NCBI GenBank assembly: GCA_951406725.2
Contig: OX597816.1
Location: forward strand, 121,272,001 to 121,336,000
Direction of reading: 5' to 3'
Length of the DNA: 64,000 bases
Source: Octopus vulgaris
Taxonomy: Eukaryota
Shown here: positions 25,944 through 39,395 of the stretch, piece by piece
How the letters are laid out: every line of letters starts with the position of its first letter
Numbering within the stretch: position 1 is the first letter of the stretch
Position numbers and translations under genes: made by a program
Notes under the pieces: model-generated
Seen by the model: the letters and a program-made list of their open reading frames with translations, nothing else
What the model was told of the DNA's origin: nothing
Database searches by the model: none

Positions 25944-26900
25944 TTACAACCGGTTAGTGATTCTGCCATTTTGGTTTTGTCTTAGGATGGGACCAAGGTT
26001 TATTAAGGAACATCGAGTTGTACATTTTAGAGGCCAGAGGTGAGAGAGAAATTCCATTGTAGTTCTGAAGCAAGTAAGGTTACTTTTGTATGGAAATGAA
26101 ATAACTGAAGACTTCGAAAACGCTACAGATTCTCCAAGCAAAAGGCATCAAACATATATGAGGATTTGATAGTGTCAACAGCAAGTCATGTTACATATCC
26201 TGTTGAATTATGGTATTCTATTCGAGATTGTCAAAGCTTTCACCATCATGGACGAAGATTCATCAAACATTATACAAAGCACTAGCAGTCCACTTAAATA
26301 AATACCAACAACAGTAATCTATCAGAGTTACCCTCTCTTTGTGATTGTAGTGAACTACAGTCTTAAGCAAAGTTTTGATTCTATTCAATATAACGAACTC
26401 CTCATCAAGCAGAATTGATCAAGACCTCACCAGTTCCTATATTCTTTTAACCATAAATGTATTCATGATCTTACTCTCAACACTTAGGAACTGTGCAACG
26501 TGCAAGACTTGTTAACGTATCTTGGGAAACTGCAGCGAAAGTTGAACTGTTTCTCAATGCAAAGATGACTGTATACATGGTCATCAATGAAGATGAAAGC
26601 CACTTGCCAATTTGTTCCACGATGGTACACAACTCTAAAAGATCAGAGACTTTAAGTATCTTTGGGTCTATGCTGCTGCTAATCAAAATGTCTTACAGGT
26701 AGGGAATTAACTTAGAATATAACAAGCTTCAAAACATCTAGCAGTAAAGTACTTCGAAATCAGTAAGTCTTGCTATTTTCAGGCCTTATCTAGAAAGCAT
26801 TCTTCTCTATTGAATCAAAATCAGGAGTATCAAGAAGGAACTGCAAGATCACCTTCATGGTATATTCAACAGGCTTATTATGAAATCGTGAAACGTCTGA
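25944..26900. pseudogene. Decayed RTE-type LINE reverse transcriptase with inverted 5' segment
   Basis: Minus 25944-26141 encodes PILRQNQNG. Plus from ~26160 encodes FDSVN..VMLHILLNYGI, LFVIVVNY, LNAK.TVYMVIN and DFKYL. Confidence 0.6.
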
Positions 26901-28540
26901 TATTGTGAACATATATGATGGGCGATCGTAATGTTTCCGACCAGTAAATTCGTCAACCAGGGACCACAGTAGAAAGAATTTGTCAACCAGGGACCACAGC
27001 AGAAAGAATTGACCAAGTTGCTGTGAAGTGGGATCGGTCTTGGAATCATTTGCTTACAAAGTGAACTTCTAGATGATACTGTTACACCTTTTAAGACTAG
27101 ACCTAAATTGTTCAAAGATACGAGCTAAGTTTTATGAGACTGAGGTTGAAAGTTATCAGAAATAGGATATCAATAACAATATCTTATACAACCAAAGAAA
27201 TTATTAAATATATTGCTAAATTGATATTTTAACTTTATTATTATTATTTGTGAAAACAGCAGTATTTTTTAAAAATATTCTTTAATTAGAAAAATAATTT
27301 ATTCTGCTTGGGTTTGTTTTCTCAACGGAATTTTTTAATTTCAGTTTCTTTCTTTCTCCCCCCCCCCTCCTCGCCAGAAACGGTCAGAAATGATTTCAAT
27401 AAAAAATGTGTCATTGCCTCTCGGGACACCATTTTCCCTTCATTTCGACTGGAATTAGCGTCCTGAGGTACTCAATCTCCATTTAGTCATAACATGAAAT
27501 ATTTCACTAGCGAACTTTTCACTGGTAGTTGACAGAGGAAAAGGGTGATTGGGGAATGGTCGAAAGAAAATACATAAGTTATGCCTGGTGTGGTTTGTTC
27601 ATTTCAGTCTTCTGGGTTTAGTTTTGGCCTGAAACTCGATAATCTTGGGAGACTTGGCAGAAGCACATACGTATACTTATGCTATGATTGAATTTGAACT
27701 TAACATAAGTTGCCAATTACACGTATGCACAAAAGTCTCATATATATGTTTGATATTCAGAAATTATCAGAAGTAGGTTGACAAAGTTACATTCTTTGGC
27801 TTACTTGCTGCTAACTAAATAACTAGCATTATACTACACACACACACACACACGTATTTCGTGCTGTGCTTAGAAGCGTTGCACTTTACCAGAATTTTTC
27901 GACTGGGGTCCAGTAGAACAAACCACTTGAAATCCATTTAACACACGCATTTCAGACCCTTTTGGAAGAGAGTGAAAAGGAATGTATGTCTTTCAGAATA
28001 TCTTCTTCAGTTGAAATGACTTAACTGAAGAGAATTTGTAAGAAACGAATTCAATGTCTGTCTCTTGCAAAATGGCTGAAATGCTCTTACTAAATGCCTT
28101 CAAAATGAATTTGGTTTGACTTTAAAGCAATATGCTTATTTAAGAACACACTTACACAGACATATATATACATATATGTATGTATGTAGGTATGTATGTA
28201 TGTATGCATGTATGTATGTATGTATGTATGTATGTATGTATGTATGTATGTATGTATGTATGTATGTATGTATGTATGTATGTATATAAAGAGAGAGAGG
28301 GAGAGGGATGTTAACAGACGAACGATGTTTAAATTTGCAACAATTGTTTCTATAGAATTTTAGTTAATGCAGTCGTCACAGATTACATCATATCATGCAA
28401 TTACACCATTTTCGTGCATAATTTAAATGGTTACTTTGAGTTCTATATGATTATACCTACCTAATTTCTAGCGTCTTACATGTTGGTGTGCCTCGATTAA
28501 TGAATTCTTATAACAGAATACTGTATGTATGTATGTATAA

Positions 28541-28619
<79 letters not shown>

Positions 28620-29232
28620 TGTGTCTGTGTCTGTGTGTATGCGCCCGTGCATTAATATGCGCGTTTCTGATCATTTTACACATACATACTCACTCACACA
28701 TGCACATTTAAACCCATATATATGTTCATTACATTCGTCCGTTATATCTCCATATTATCGGCTTTACACTCTGTGGGTCTTAGGTTGGCTTATTGAATCT
28801 ATTTCGGCATGAAATCCCCGGTTGAATTGGGGTCAAATTATTGCAGACCTGGTGAGACTCTTACTTTCCGTCCAGATCTCTTCTCCTTATCTTCTCTAGT
28901 CATAAATAGTTCTGTGTCTCAGAGTAAACAACACTACGCTACAGTGACACACAGACACATGTACATACATACATACATACATACATACATACATACATAC
29001 ATACATACATACATACATACATACATACATGTATATATGTATGTCTATGTGGTTATTATATATATACACACACACATAGATATATTTGTATGTATATATA
29101 TATGTACATACGTATGTATAAAGGTGTACGTATTTATGTGTATGTATGAATGTATGTATGTATGTTTGTATGCATGTACGTACGTATGTCAATATGTAAG
29201 TACGCATGTAGGTACATGTGTACATATGTACG

Positions 29233-29264
<32 letters not shown>

Positions 29265-29334
29265 CATCTACTTACATATATACATGCATCCATACATACA
29301 TGTATATATATATATGTGTATATGCATGTATGTT

Positions 29335-29468
29335 ATTATTCAGTTTATTTCAAGATTTCATGCCAATAGAGAAAGAACCGGTTTCTAACCTAGATGCAAG
29401 GTTTCTTTGGAATTTTAACATCAACAACAGGGTATTTTTGTATGTATGTATGTATGTATGTATGTGTG

Positions 29469-29499
<31 letters not shown>

Positions 29500-29544
29500 G
29501 TGTGTATATATGCATGCATGTATGCATGCATGTATGTATGTATG

Positions 29545-29575
<31 letters not shown>

Positions 29576-31150
29576 GTGTGTATATATGCATGCATGTATG
29601 CATGCATGTATGTATGTATGTATGTATGTATGTATGTATGTATGTATGTATGTATGTATGTATGTTCAGATTTGTATGTTTTATGTATGTATTCTCATGT
29701 ATATAGTTATATATTTAGGCATGCTCATATATATATTTAAATGATAAACTTCTGGAAAGTTTTATAGATGTTTACAGTTCCAGCGATGGATTGGATTTGT
29801 AGTCTTCGAATTAACTTTCTCCTTTCTGGTTTAGGGAAGCTTAATTTTTCAAGATTGGTATTTAGGCAGTGTGGTACATATATCAGGGCCCCAATAATTA
29901 CAGGTATAAACTTGAACTTGTAATCTGGATGGAGAGTAACTGCAGATTTCTCAATAGTTCAGCATATGTGTTCTCTTTTTCTCTGATCTTCAGCTTTATA
30001 TTAACATCTGCTGGGCAGCTAATTTCCACGACTGTGCAGTTTCTCTTCTCTATCCCAAATCATTATCTGGTATGTTGTGCTTTTATTTTATTGAGGTTTT
30101 CACCGGTACATTCCACCAGTATTCCTTTTTATTATGAATGGCTGTGGCTTCTACCATATTGTGCGTTTTTATTTCTTTGTCCTCAGGATTATCCTCCCGA
30201 CGGATTTCATTACAGAGTCTCCGAGCTACAACGTCATATCTCATCAGTAGATACTACCGTGATGATACTTTCGGACAACTGCTTATAACGTGCGTGATAT
30301 CTTCAGTGTAAACTCAACAAAGTCTGCATCGGTTGTCACATTTTACGGCTTTTCCTGCATCTCTATCCCTTTTGTGCATCAGGTACTTGGTTGATATTTT
30401 ACAGGCGGCGAGCTGGTAGAAACGTTAGCACGCCGGGCGAAATGCCTAGCGGTATTTCATCTGCCATTACGTTCTGAGTTCAATTTCCGCCGAGGTCGAC
30501 TTTGCCTTTCATCCTTTCGGGGTCGATAAATTAAGTACCAGTTACGCACTGGGGTCGATGTAATCGACTTAATACCTATGTCTATCCTTGTTTGTCCTCT
30601 CTATGTTTAGCCCCTTGTGGGTAATAAAGAAATAGGTACTTGGTTGATATTTCCTGTTCCTGGATTGCAAACACATACCCTTCGAAGTGGGAGGTAGTAA
30701 TCCGGCTATTTGTCCATGATAAACTGCTTTGATGATCGATGTTACTGTCATCACGGAGCTTTCTACTAACATATCCATGCATAGTCTTCTGCTCATATAG
30801 GCTCATCCTTTCATCGGATGATATGTTGTGGCAGAGTCGTGCGACTTCTTTGAGCATGTATTCTAGGTTATCAAAGAGTGTGACTCAAGGAGCTGCATTC
30901 CAAGTCATATGATGTAATCAGCCTCATGTATGCAAACTTGGTCAAAGAATGCACTTCGACACTTGGTGGTTAAAAGATGTTACCGAATCTATATGTTGCG
31001 ACATTCAAAGGCATTTTGGATCGATGTTAAGCCTCTGCCACTTTGTTTATGTTTCAGGTAGAGACGGTCTAATTCACTGTTTATGTGGAAATTATGTGTG
31101 CTTGTTAGTATTTTTCGGGTTTTCACATCAATAGCTCGGATCTCATCAAG
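29335..31150 (-). mobile_element. 5'-truncated REL-endonuclease LINE (R4/Dong-like), decayed
   Basis: DRLYLKHKQSGRGL, GYVFAIQEQEISTKYL, CCHC knuckle CRLC*VYTEDITHVISSC, REL region IWDREEK..VVEISCP..K.REKENTY. 3' UTR at 29335-29440. Flanked by (TATG)n. Confidence 0.85.
30400..30633 (+). mobile_element. SINE family B, full length, with 19-bp TSD
   Basis: GGCGGCGAGCTGG head, GAGTTCAATTTCC B box, AATAAAGAAAT tail. TSD AGGTACTTGGTTGATATTT at 30381-30399 and 30634-30652. Confidence 0.92.
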
Positions 31151-31166
31151 ATGTATGTATATATGC

Positions 31167-31199
<33 letters not shown>

Positions 31200-31449
31200 T
31201 GTATGTATGTATGTATGTATGTATGTATGTATGTATGTATGTGCGTGTGAATGTATGTATGTATTATGTATGCACAACGATCAAGGGAAGGAAACAGAAT
31301 TCCAGTAGATTTCTTTCCCTTTCCTATTCCGTTCCGAACAGAGCAAATCAATGGGAAATTGGGTTAGTTACGATTGCGGCCATTTTGAAAGTTTTTTTTC
31401 TCACTTCCTGTCGCTGTTGTGACAACGATGACGAACAAGGCGCCAATAA

Positions 31450-31528
<79 letters not shown>

Positions 31529-31999
31529 TATGGTGGTTAGGTGTTGGTAGTAGGGGATATCTCTTTTAAACGGCTTTTTCACCGAACATTTAATCACAAT
31601 AATTTACACCGCATAAGCAATGATCTTCGCTTGTGGTCAACCAGTGAGACTACTGTGTGCCACCGATTCTACTGCTGTCCAGTACCGCCTATACTTTCTC
31701 TCTCCCACTTATTTTCTTTTTATTAATCTTTGTTTCCCCTCTTGTCTTCATTCTTTCTTTTGCTTTCTGTTTCTTTTTTTTTTCTTACTTTACTTCTTTC
31801 TCCCTTTCACTTACGGTTGTCTACCTAGCGAGACCTCCACTCTAACTTCCACCTTTCTTTCTGCCAGTCGGCCGATTAATAGAGGAGGTAGTACGGACGG
31901 AGAATTATATAACCTTTAACCTGACCGTTACCTGAAATAGTGTTAATACACCAGTCAACTTCCTATTTGGTCAATGGAGCAGCAGATCATGCGATGTGT

Positions 32000-32184
32000 A
32001 GCTGAAACCGTTCCAGTACATACGCATACATACATAGCAACATACATACATACATACATACATACATACATACATACATACATACATGCATACATACATA
32101 CATACATACATACATACATACATACATACATACATACATACATACATACATGCATACATATACGCACACATATATACATACACA

Positions 32185-32227
<43 letters not shown>

Positions 32228-32313
32228 TGTATGTATATACATACATACATACATATACATATATATATATATATATATATTATGTACGTATGTGTGTGTG
32301 TGTATATATATAT

Positions 32314-32360
<47 letters not shown>
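32000..32360. repeat. (TACA)n/(TA)n compound microsatellite
   Basis: Seen directly. Similar tracts occur throughout the window (e.g. 14700-15020, 28170-28285, 46185-46520, 53700-53835, 55230-55570). Confidence 0.95.
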
Positions 32361-32574
32361 TGCAAATGGTTTTAATATACGGTGCCATGTTTTACAATCC
32401 TGTAAATAATAATGGTATTTGTATAAGCTTAAAGCTTATGTCGACCACCGTGCAATGACTAAGGAAAATAGTCTAACAAAGGGGCATATAAGCCCACGAC
32501 AGAAAAAAGACCCTCCGCAAATCCCAAATTTTTTTGGGTTCGCGTGAGCAACTCTTTTCTAGAAAGCACATGTC

Positions 32575-32740
32575 GTGAATTTCTCGAAATGTGGAGTAGA
32601 TAAACAGCCGACAACTGATGAGGGGTCGTTCTTCATGTTACTTGTCTTGTTTTCCATTTTTTTCTTTCGTTGTTCGCACAACAAATTTTGACATAGTATT
32701 TCATGTTGCTTACGTTTTGTGACATCTTGTACCCATATGT
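32575..32740. repeat. Unclassified interspersed repeat (second copy ~34590-34775)
   Basis: Shared CTCGAAAT...AGTAGA.AAACAGCCGACAACTGATGA.GG and TTTCGTTGTTCGCA. Confidence 0.7.
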
Positions 32741-32805
32741 GCATGTATATATGTATGTACATATATGTATGTATATATGCATATATATATATGCATATAT
32801 ATATG

Positions 32806-32864
<59 letters not shown>

Positions 32865-32952
32865 GTATATATATATGTATATGTATATATATATATATGT
32901 ATATATATACACATATATATATATATATGTATATATATATTATGTATATATG

Positions 32953-33001
<49 letters not shown>

Positions 33002-33002
<1 letters not shown>

Positions 33003-33397
33003 TTTACTTGTTTCAGTCATTTGACTGCGGCCATGCTGGAGCACCGCCTTTAATCGAGTAACTCGACCCCGGGACTTATTCTTTTGTAAGCCCAGTACTT
33101 ATTCTATCGGTCTCTTTTGCCGAACCGCTAAGTAACGGGGACTTAAACACACCTGCATCGGTTGTCAAGCAATGCTAGGGGGACAAACGCAGACACACAA
33201 ACACACACACGCATATATATATATATACATATATACGACGGGCATCTTTTCAGTTTCCGTCTGCCAAATCCACTCAGAAGGATTTGGTCGGCCGGAGGCT
33301 ATAGTAGAAGACACTTGCCCAAGGTTCCACGCAGTGGGACTGAACCCGGAACCATGTGGTTGGTAAACAAGTTACTTACCACACAGCCACTCCTGCG

Positions 33398-33399
<2 letters not shown>
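33002..33399 (-). mobile_element. SINE family A, full length
   Basis: Complete reverse-complement copy flanked by (TA)n. Confidence 0.9.
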
Positions 33400-33436
<37 letters not shown>

Positions 33437-33727
33437 CAGTCGACAACCAAGAATCACTACTGTTGCTCCCATCGGAACACAAGGTAAAATCTATAATGAA
33501 CTCCTGCACTACACTTCACAAAACAGTAAGGAACGACTTACACCTTATAATATATTTTTCGCCTTTTCAAGAACATGGATTCTATTGAATGTATATAGCA
33601 TGGACCCTATTGAATGTATGTAACAATTATGAACTGTTCCATTATACTTTTTATGTATATAGCATGGACTCTATTGAATGTATGAAACAATTATGAACTA
33701 TTCCATTATACTCTTTATTATAAAAAA

Positions 33728-33777
33728 AATCTTTTTGATAAGGTTCGTTATTTCAAGAACCGAAACATGTAAAAATT
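33728..33777 (+). ncRNA. Minimal hammerhead-like motif with U3-A8 core variant
   Basis: UUU-UUGAUAA-GGUUC-(10 nt)-GAACC-GAAAC-AU-GUA-AAA, with a perfect 5-bp stem II and palindromic ACAUGU helix III. Confidence 0.45.
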
Positions 33778-33837
33778 AAAATTTATCTAATATAGTGGCA
33801 TTTTCAAACTTCTTTTTTACAAATATATATATATATA

Positions 33838-34003
33838 GGCGCAGGAGTGGCTGTATGGTAAGTAGCTTGCTTACCAACCACATGGTTTTGGGTTCAGCCT
33901 CACTGCGTGAACCCTTGGGCAAGTGTCTTCTACTATAGCCTCGAGCCGACCGAAAGCCTTGTGAGTGGATTTGGTAAACGGAAACTGAAGGAAGCCCGTC
34001 GTA
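33838..34003 (+). mobile_element. SINE family A 5' half
   Basis: GGCGCAGGAGTGGCTGTATGGTAAG...GAAGCCCGTCG. Confidence 0.85.
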
Positions 34004-34097
34004 TATATATATATATACACAAATATATAGATTATATCTTTATACACGTGTGCACACATATATATACAGATACACACTTACATACATACATACATAC

Positions 34098-34129
<32 letters not shown>

Positions 34130-34141
34130 ATATGTATGTAA

Positions 34142-34172
<31 letters not shown>

Positions 34173-34856
34173 GCCAGCCCCATACTTAACTCGTCCTGTC
34201 GAAAGACCCTTGTCCTACGTCCTGGTTTTGTTTTGTTGTTTATTTTTTATTTTTACCGTTATTGTTTTTACGTTTTTGTATTCTTATTGGTGTCACGTAT
34301 TCTGTATTTTTGTTCGTGTACTTCGTTCGTTTTCCGTCCTCGTGTTGTATACATTCGAAGCTTTCTTCCAGGGGATCTAATGCGCTTGGCTTAGATTTCC
34401 CTTGGCTGGCTGGCCATATCGGAGCAATCTCAAGATTAATCAGCCGAAATTGCTAAGATGATCTGGTTCTTGACTGATGACTGAGGGCTTCGAATGTCCC
34501 GTCCTGTGGTTCTTGTGTCGTCTCTGTGGTGTTTCATGTTCTTGTCCATGTCTAATTATTTTTACTGTTTACCTATATATATATATCTTCTCATGAATTC
34601 CTCGAAATACGAAGTAGAAAAACAGCCGACAACTGATGAAGGCTCATTTTTCATATTGTTCGTCTTGTTCGTTTTTTTTATATTGCTTGCCTTTCGTTGT
34701 TCGCAAAAAAAAACGTTCGTATTCCATTTTTTGTATTTAATGTTGTTTACGTTCTGTAGTGTCCTGTGCCAATATATGCAATATAAACATATATATGTAT
34801 GTACATATATATATATATGTATATATATGCATATATATGTATATATTATTTATATC

Positions 34857-34915
<59 letters not shown>

Positions 34916-36279
34916 TGTGTGTGTATGTGTGTGTGCGTACGTGTGTGCGCGCGTGTGTGTGTGTATGACTGTGTAGAGGCGCAGTACTTGCACTTTATTT
35001 CTTCCTAAGCGATGAAAGGCAAAGATGATCTCAGAGGTTTGAACTCAGAGCGTAATGAGCCAGGACGAAAGAATACCACAAAGTCACCCTATTGACTCAT
35101 AGCAAATCGTTGTTTTATTAATATGAAGCAGCGATTTAACAGTGTTGTTTGAATATAACGCCGTGAATATGAAATATCTATTTGTGTTCAAAAGGATTCA
35201 AGGTTAAATGAAATTTTATTGATAGTGGGCGCTGAGGAAGAAAAATGAGTGAGATTCACGGAGAGCCGTGCCAAAAGCTCGTTCTCTATTTCCATGATTC
35301 AGTAAGACGCAATAAGTTAAACTTGTATAGTCTCACCTAGATATATAATCTAGGTGAGGTCAAAATAGAAAAGGGTGCGTTGTTTACCGTGTATAACCAT
35401 AAAAGTGGTTAAAAGACTACACTATTTTATAAACAAATATAATATTTTTATGGCTTAGTCACAGGAGGAAGTGCAGTGCCTATGATCCGTTCTTTAGGAT
35501 CTCCAAGACTAGTTGAAGAAAGGGAGATGGTTAGAGTGCTTGCGATAGACTTTTCTCTACTAAAGGGATCTAAGGGCCATATGGATTGGCCATGTGGTTC
35601 ATGAGGTGGGCCATGTGTTAATGGACAATGGATTCAGTCTGTTACTCTATCACACAAAAATAAGTAGAATCCACTCGACTAGCTTCCAATAATTATTTCC
35701 ATTTAAATTTGGGGTAAACCCAGACTATCGTAAAAGACACTTGCCCAAAGTGCCGTGTTGAGCGATCAGATGGTTACATGCGGACATTTTAAACATGTGA
35801 CAGTAACAAGAAGGAAGACGATCTTCTTTTCGTAGACACTGTCCCACTTACTTCAAAATCAAACTTGAGCTATCCAATATATGTTGATAAATTTTCTGTC
35901 AGTTTCGATGATGAGCGTTCAGTTGTTCAATAAGCTGAACATTTGATCGTTAAATTAACGCATAAGTCGCTGAATGATTCCAAAGGAACACGTATCCTTA
36001 AAGAATCTCCAAAGCTGAATCAGCCTGACCCATTATGTGACAAGATTAGATTTTCGAATTACAGGTCCGAGAGGTTTCCACACAGTGTCCGTCTAACCAA
36101 GTGGACTCGTAAGGTTTGAGTTGACTGGAGACTATGGCTTTGGCAAAGACTCTTGCCCAAATTGCTTTGCAGTGAAATTGAACCTGAAACCTCATCACTA
36201 CAGAGTGACCATTTTAACCACTCAGCCATGCCTGCGTCTACAAACAATTCGTAAGATCATTCATTATTGGATATATCTT

Positions 36280-36669
36280 TATCTTTTACTTGAGATGACA
36301 GCTATGTCAGGGCACCGCCCTGAGAAAATTCGTTGAACGTATTAACTTCAGTACCTTTTTTTTAGCCTGATACTTTTTATCGGTCTTTATAAGGAAACGC
36401 TAAATTACAGGATTGTCAACACGCCAACACCGGTTGCCAAGTGGTGGTGTGGTGTGGTGTGGGCTTAAACACACGCACAATCAGACACACACACACACAA
36501 ACATATATAATCGATGGGCTTGTTTCAGTTTCCTTCAATTAAATTCACTCACAAGACTTTGGTAGTGCTGAGGCTATAGTAGAAGACACTTGCCCAAGCT
36601 GCCACTCAATGGGACTGAACGAAGAACCATGTGGTTGAGAAGCAAGCTTTTTATTACACAGCCACGCCT
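36280..36669 (-). mobile_element. SINE family A, diverged
   Basis: Colinear with 33002-33399. Confidence 0.75.
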
Positions 36670-36937
36670 AAACTAAACTAATTTTCTTACAGACAATCAA
36701 TATACAATAAGATAACAATATCAAACCCAAATACAGTTTTATTCAGTTTTTAACACTCACTCATGAACATTCTAGAAATACAGTGGTAGCTTCACTGTAC
36801 TTGCAAAACTAATGTATCGTCTTTCTAAAGGGGAGAGTATTAAGAAAAATTAACTGGCTTAGTTATTAACTATTAACGACGGAATCAGTATTATTTCCAA
36901 AAGGTAATCATTATTTTCAACGTAACATGGATGTCTC

Positions 36938-37135
36938 GCTACTTGTACTTGTGACGACGTTCACCCAGAGCGGGTTGAGCCGGCTTCTTCTCTGTTCCCA
37001 ACGGCATCACGAACCCTGGCGGCCCACGCTCGACGGTCCTGTGCGTGGTCACTGGAGATAGCAAGCCATTCGCGATTCCATCTGCGCAGACCGACCATCT
37101 GCGGACCTGAGAGTTCGGAGAGGTTCTCTTTTATC
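36938..37135 (-). mobile_element. RTE-type LINE 3' end
   Basis: IKENLSELSGPQMVGLRRWNREWLAISSDHAQDRRAWAARVRDA...* (AQDRxxW motif) followed by a (CAAGTA)2 tail. Confidence 0.7.
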
Positions 37136-37177
37136 TTATCTTTATCCTTTATCTTAAAGATAAGGATAAAGGATAAA

Positions 37178-37386
37178 GGATGTCTTACTAGAACACCGAA
37201 TACTCGAATACTGCGTTGTTAGCCTCGGGAGATCCTCCCACGTTGGCGTTTGGTGCACACACATAGATTGTAGCAGACGAATGTCGTCTGCTATGATCTA
37301 TGTACATGTTTTCATGTGCCAAACGCCTGTATGAGAAGATCTCTCGAGGCTAATAACGCAGTATTTGGTGTTCCAACAAGGTATCC
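37178..37386. repeat. Fold-back (palindromic) element, copy 2
   Basis: ~100-bp arms centred on TAGCAGACGA-ATG-TCGTCTGCTA (37271-37293). Confidence 0.85.
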
Positions 37387-37662
37387 ATGTTAACTGGTTT
37401 AGTGTTGCATCTATAACAAGTAATCTCGATGGCTCCGTTTTCTTTACTATGAATAATGATTAAAGGATGTTACAACTGAAATTATTAAGCTCAAGTCGCT
37501 TCGAGGTTGCAGCTTGAAATAGATTACATGTTCTAGGTAAACGAATCGCAATGTAAAGTAAATCTTCGGAGTTGTTCCAACAGCCTCAGTCCGTTATGAA
37601 ACACGTCGTCATTTTATATCATTCGGTCAAAGGAAGTCACTTGGTTTTTACATGCTCACACA

Positions 37663-37715
<53 letters not shown>

Positions 37716-38080
37716 ACACACACACACACACAAGCATGTTTCCATTCATTTTCCGTTTTTCTCGACCCTTTGGACTCATAAGACCAACTTGCCCGGTTTA
37801 CATGGCGTATAAGCGAACGAGATCACAACATTCTCCCTGAACGGGACACTGGTCCGATGCAGGGCTCAAGGCTAGCAATTTTCTGAGGGTATTAGACACG
37901 TTGATTACATTGCATCCAGTACTTGAATACTCTCTTATAATATCGGCCAGGAAAGGATGAAAGGCAGAGTTCACCTCGACGTCATTTGAGCTCAGAATGT
38001 AAAGAATGGAAGAAATGGCACCAAGCATTATACTTCGTGCTAACGATTCTCTGCCAACTCACAGTCTTCACAAGCGCATG

Positions 38081-38114
<34 letters not shown>

Positions 38115-39395
38115 CAAAACATACACACACACAACATACACACACACAACATACACACATACAAAACATACACATACACAACATACACACACACAACATA
38201 CACACACACAACATACATAGACACAACATACACACAACATACTCACACACAACACACACATACACAACACACATGCACACACACACACACACACACATAC
38301 ACATTTAATCGGCAGAAGTTTCAAAATGATACTTGGGACGCGAGTTTTGTACATGACACTTATCACTAATGATAAGATCTCTGTCTGTCTGTTTGTCTCT
38401 CTCTGTCTCTCTCTCTCTGTATATTATATATGTGTGTGTATGCTCATATGTATATATGTATGTATGTATATATTATGTATGTACGTACGTACGTATGTAT
38501 GTATGTATGTATGTATGTATGTATGTATGTATGTATGTACAATATATATTTATATATACATACATATACACATATATGCATTAATACATTCACGCACACA
38601 CACACATATATATGTATATGAATATATGTGTATATGTATATGAAAGTATGTATATAAAAATACACACACGCGCGCGCACACACTCACACACACATTCAAT
38701 ATGAACAATAGCTGCAGCAAACCCTCGGTTATCAGATAAGAAATCCAAAGGAACAAACTATGCTTCACTGCACCTAAGACACATTTTGAAAGATATATTT
38801 AACATATACAAGGATTATTGGACCTGAACCCTGGAAAAGTGAAATAGATGACCTGATTTGAAAATATCACAGAAACGTAAGACAATCATTTTTAGCTAAA
38901 GAATACCTAGTTAAAGATATAATGGGCTGAATACATTAAAACTATAATTTTTCCCCGATTCACAAAACGTCATAGAAGTGATCTTTGATGGTTTGGAAGA
39001 ATTGTTGGGGCATCGGGTAAATATACATTGCTATCTTCTATTTACGATCCTGTATGATCTGGGTTCAATTCCGGCTAAGTTGAACTTTGCTTTTTATTCT
39101 TCCGGGATCAGTAAAGTAAAGTGTTATTAAAGTACTAGGTCCAATTTAATCGGCTAACGCTGGCCAACAAATTTCTGGTTTTGTGCCTATTTAAAAAATT
39201 ACTACTATTAATAACGTCGATAGAATGTTTCACAGACTCGTTAGCACGTCGAACAAAATGCTTAGCAGTATTTCTTCTTAGTTCACATGTTACATTCTTA
39301 GTTCGCACGTTACACTAGAGGACGAGCAGGCGTGTCTTCTCCCGGTCCGAGGTTGATGGAAAACTGCCTTCAGGGTTCAACTTTGCCTTTCCTGT

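Noticed and set aside
32582-32626. Permuted hammerhead (CGAAA...CTGATGA), also at 34601-34642
   Set aside because: No convincing stems I and III, and stem II is not preserved between the two copies.
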